Shown: positions 63,946 through 64,000 of the stretch, in pieces
Position numbering within the stretch: position 1 is the stretch's first letter
How the letters are laid out: the number at the start of each line of letters is the position of its first letter
Assembly (NCBI GenBank): GCA_965221695.1
Contig: OZ244905.1
Location: 2,688,001 to 2,752,000, forward strand
Length of the DNA: 64,000 nucleotides
Reading direction: 5' to 3'
From: Gammaproteobacteria bacterium
Lineage (GTDB): Bacteria; Pseudomonadota; Gammaproteobacteria; Eutrophobiales; Eutrophobiaceae
Notes under the pieces: model-generated
What the model saw: only the letters and a program-made list of their open reading frames with translations
Database searches by the model: none
What the model was told of the DNA's origin: nothing
Program-made: the position numbers and the translations under genes

Positions 63946-63984
63946 GCTCTGACAAGTCCAGGATGGACGTGTTCAGAGTTTCCC
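63946..63984. repeat. partial IS5-like MITE end
   Basis: ctctgacaagtccaggatggacgtgttcagagtttccc matches the family end; a more degenerate end also follows rlmE (43250-43285). Confidence 0.65.
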
Positions 63985-64000
63985 AAAATCATAAAATGTT

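Overview
Chromosomal window of a gammaproteobacterium, inferred from gene content and synteny. Most of it is core backbone: nagZ, dapF-DUF484-xerC, smpB, rnfH/ratB, bamE-fur, recN-nadK-hrcA-grpE-dnaK-dnaJ-dapB, carAB-greA-rlmE-ftsH-glmM, serA and tRNA-Ser(CGA). Cobalamin uptake/salvage genes (btuCD-like, btuF, cobQ, riboswitch-btuB, cobO) are interleaved with it. Two accessory regions stand out. (1) An ~11 kb block between dapB and carA holds a scrambled toxin-antitoxin/defence region (NYN nuclease behind a structured leader RNA, an Abi-like leader fused to a Phd antitoxin, MazF/AbrB fragments, DUF433-DUF5615, nested direct repeats), followed by a UDG-family gene and lhr. (2) Downstream of tRNA-Ser and its 177-bp tandem repeats lies an 8-gene co-directional cluster (51660-60756): a MotA/TolQ/ExbB-like channel, an ExbD/MotB-like partner, four FHA proteins (one fused to a catalytically dead trypsin-like domain), a PP2C phosphatase and a Ser/Thr kinase-FGE-sulfatase fusion. 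This cluster is the best candidate for an undescribed system: pThr signalling coupled to an ion-driven membrane complex. At least three families of small non-autonomous repeats are scattered through intergenic regions. All family calls come from reading motifs by eye; no database searches were run.
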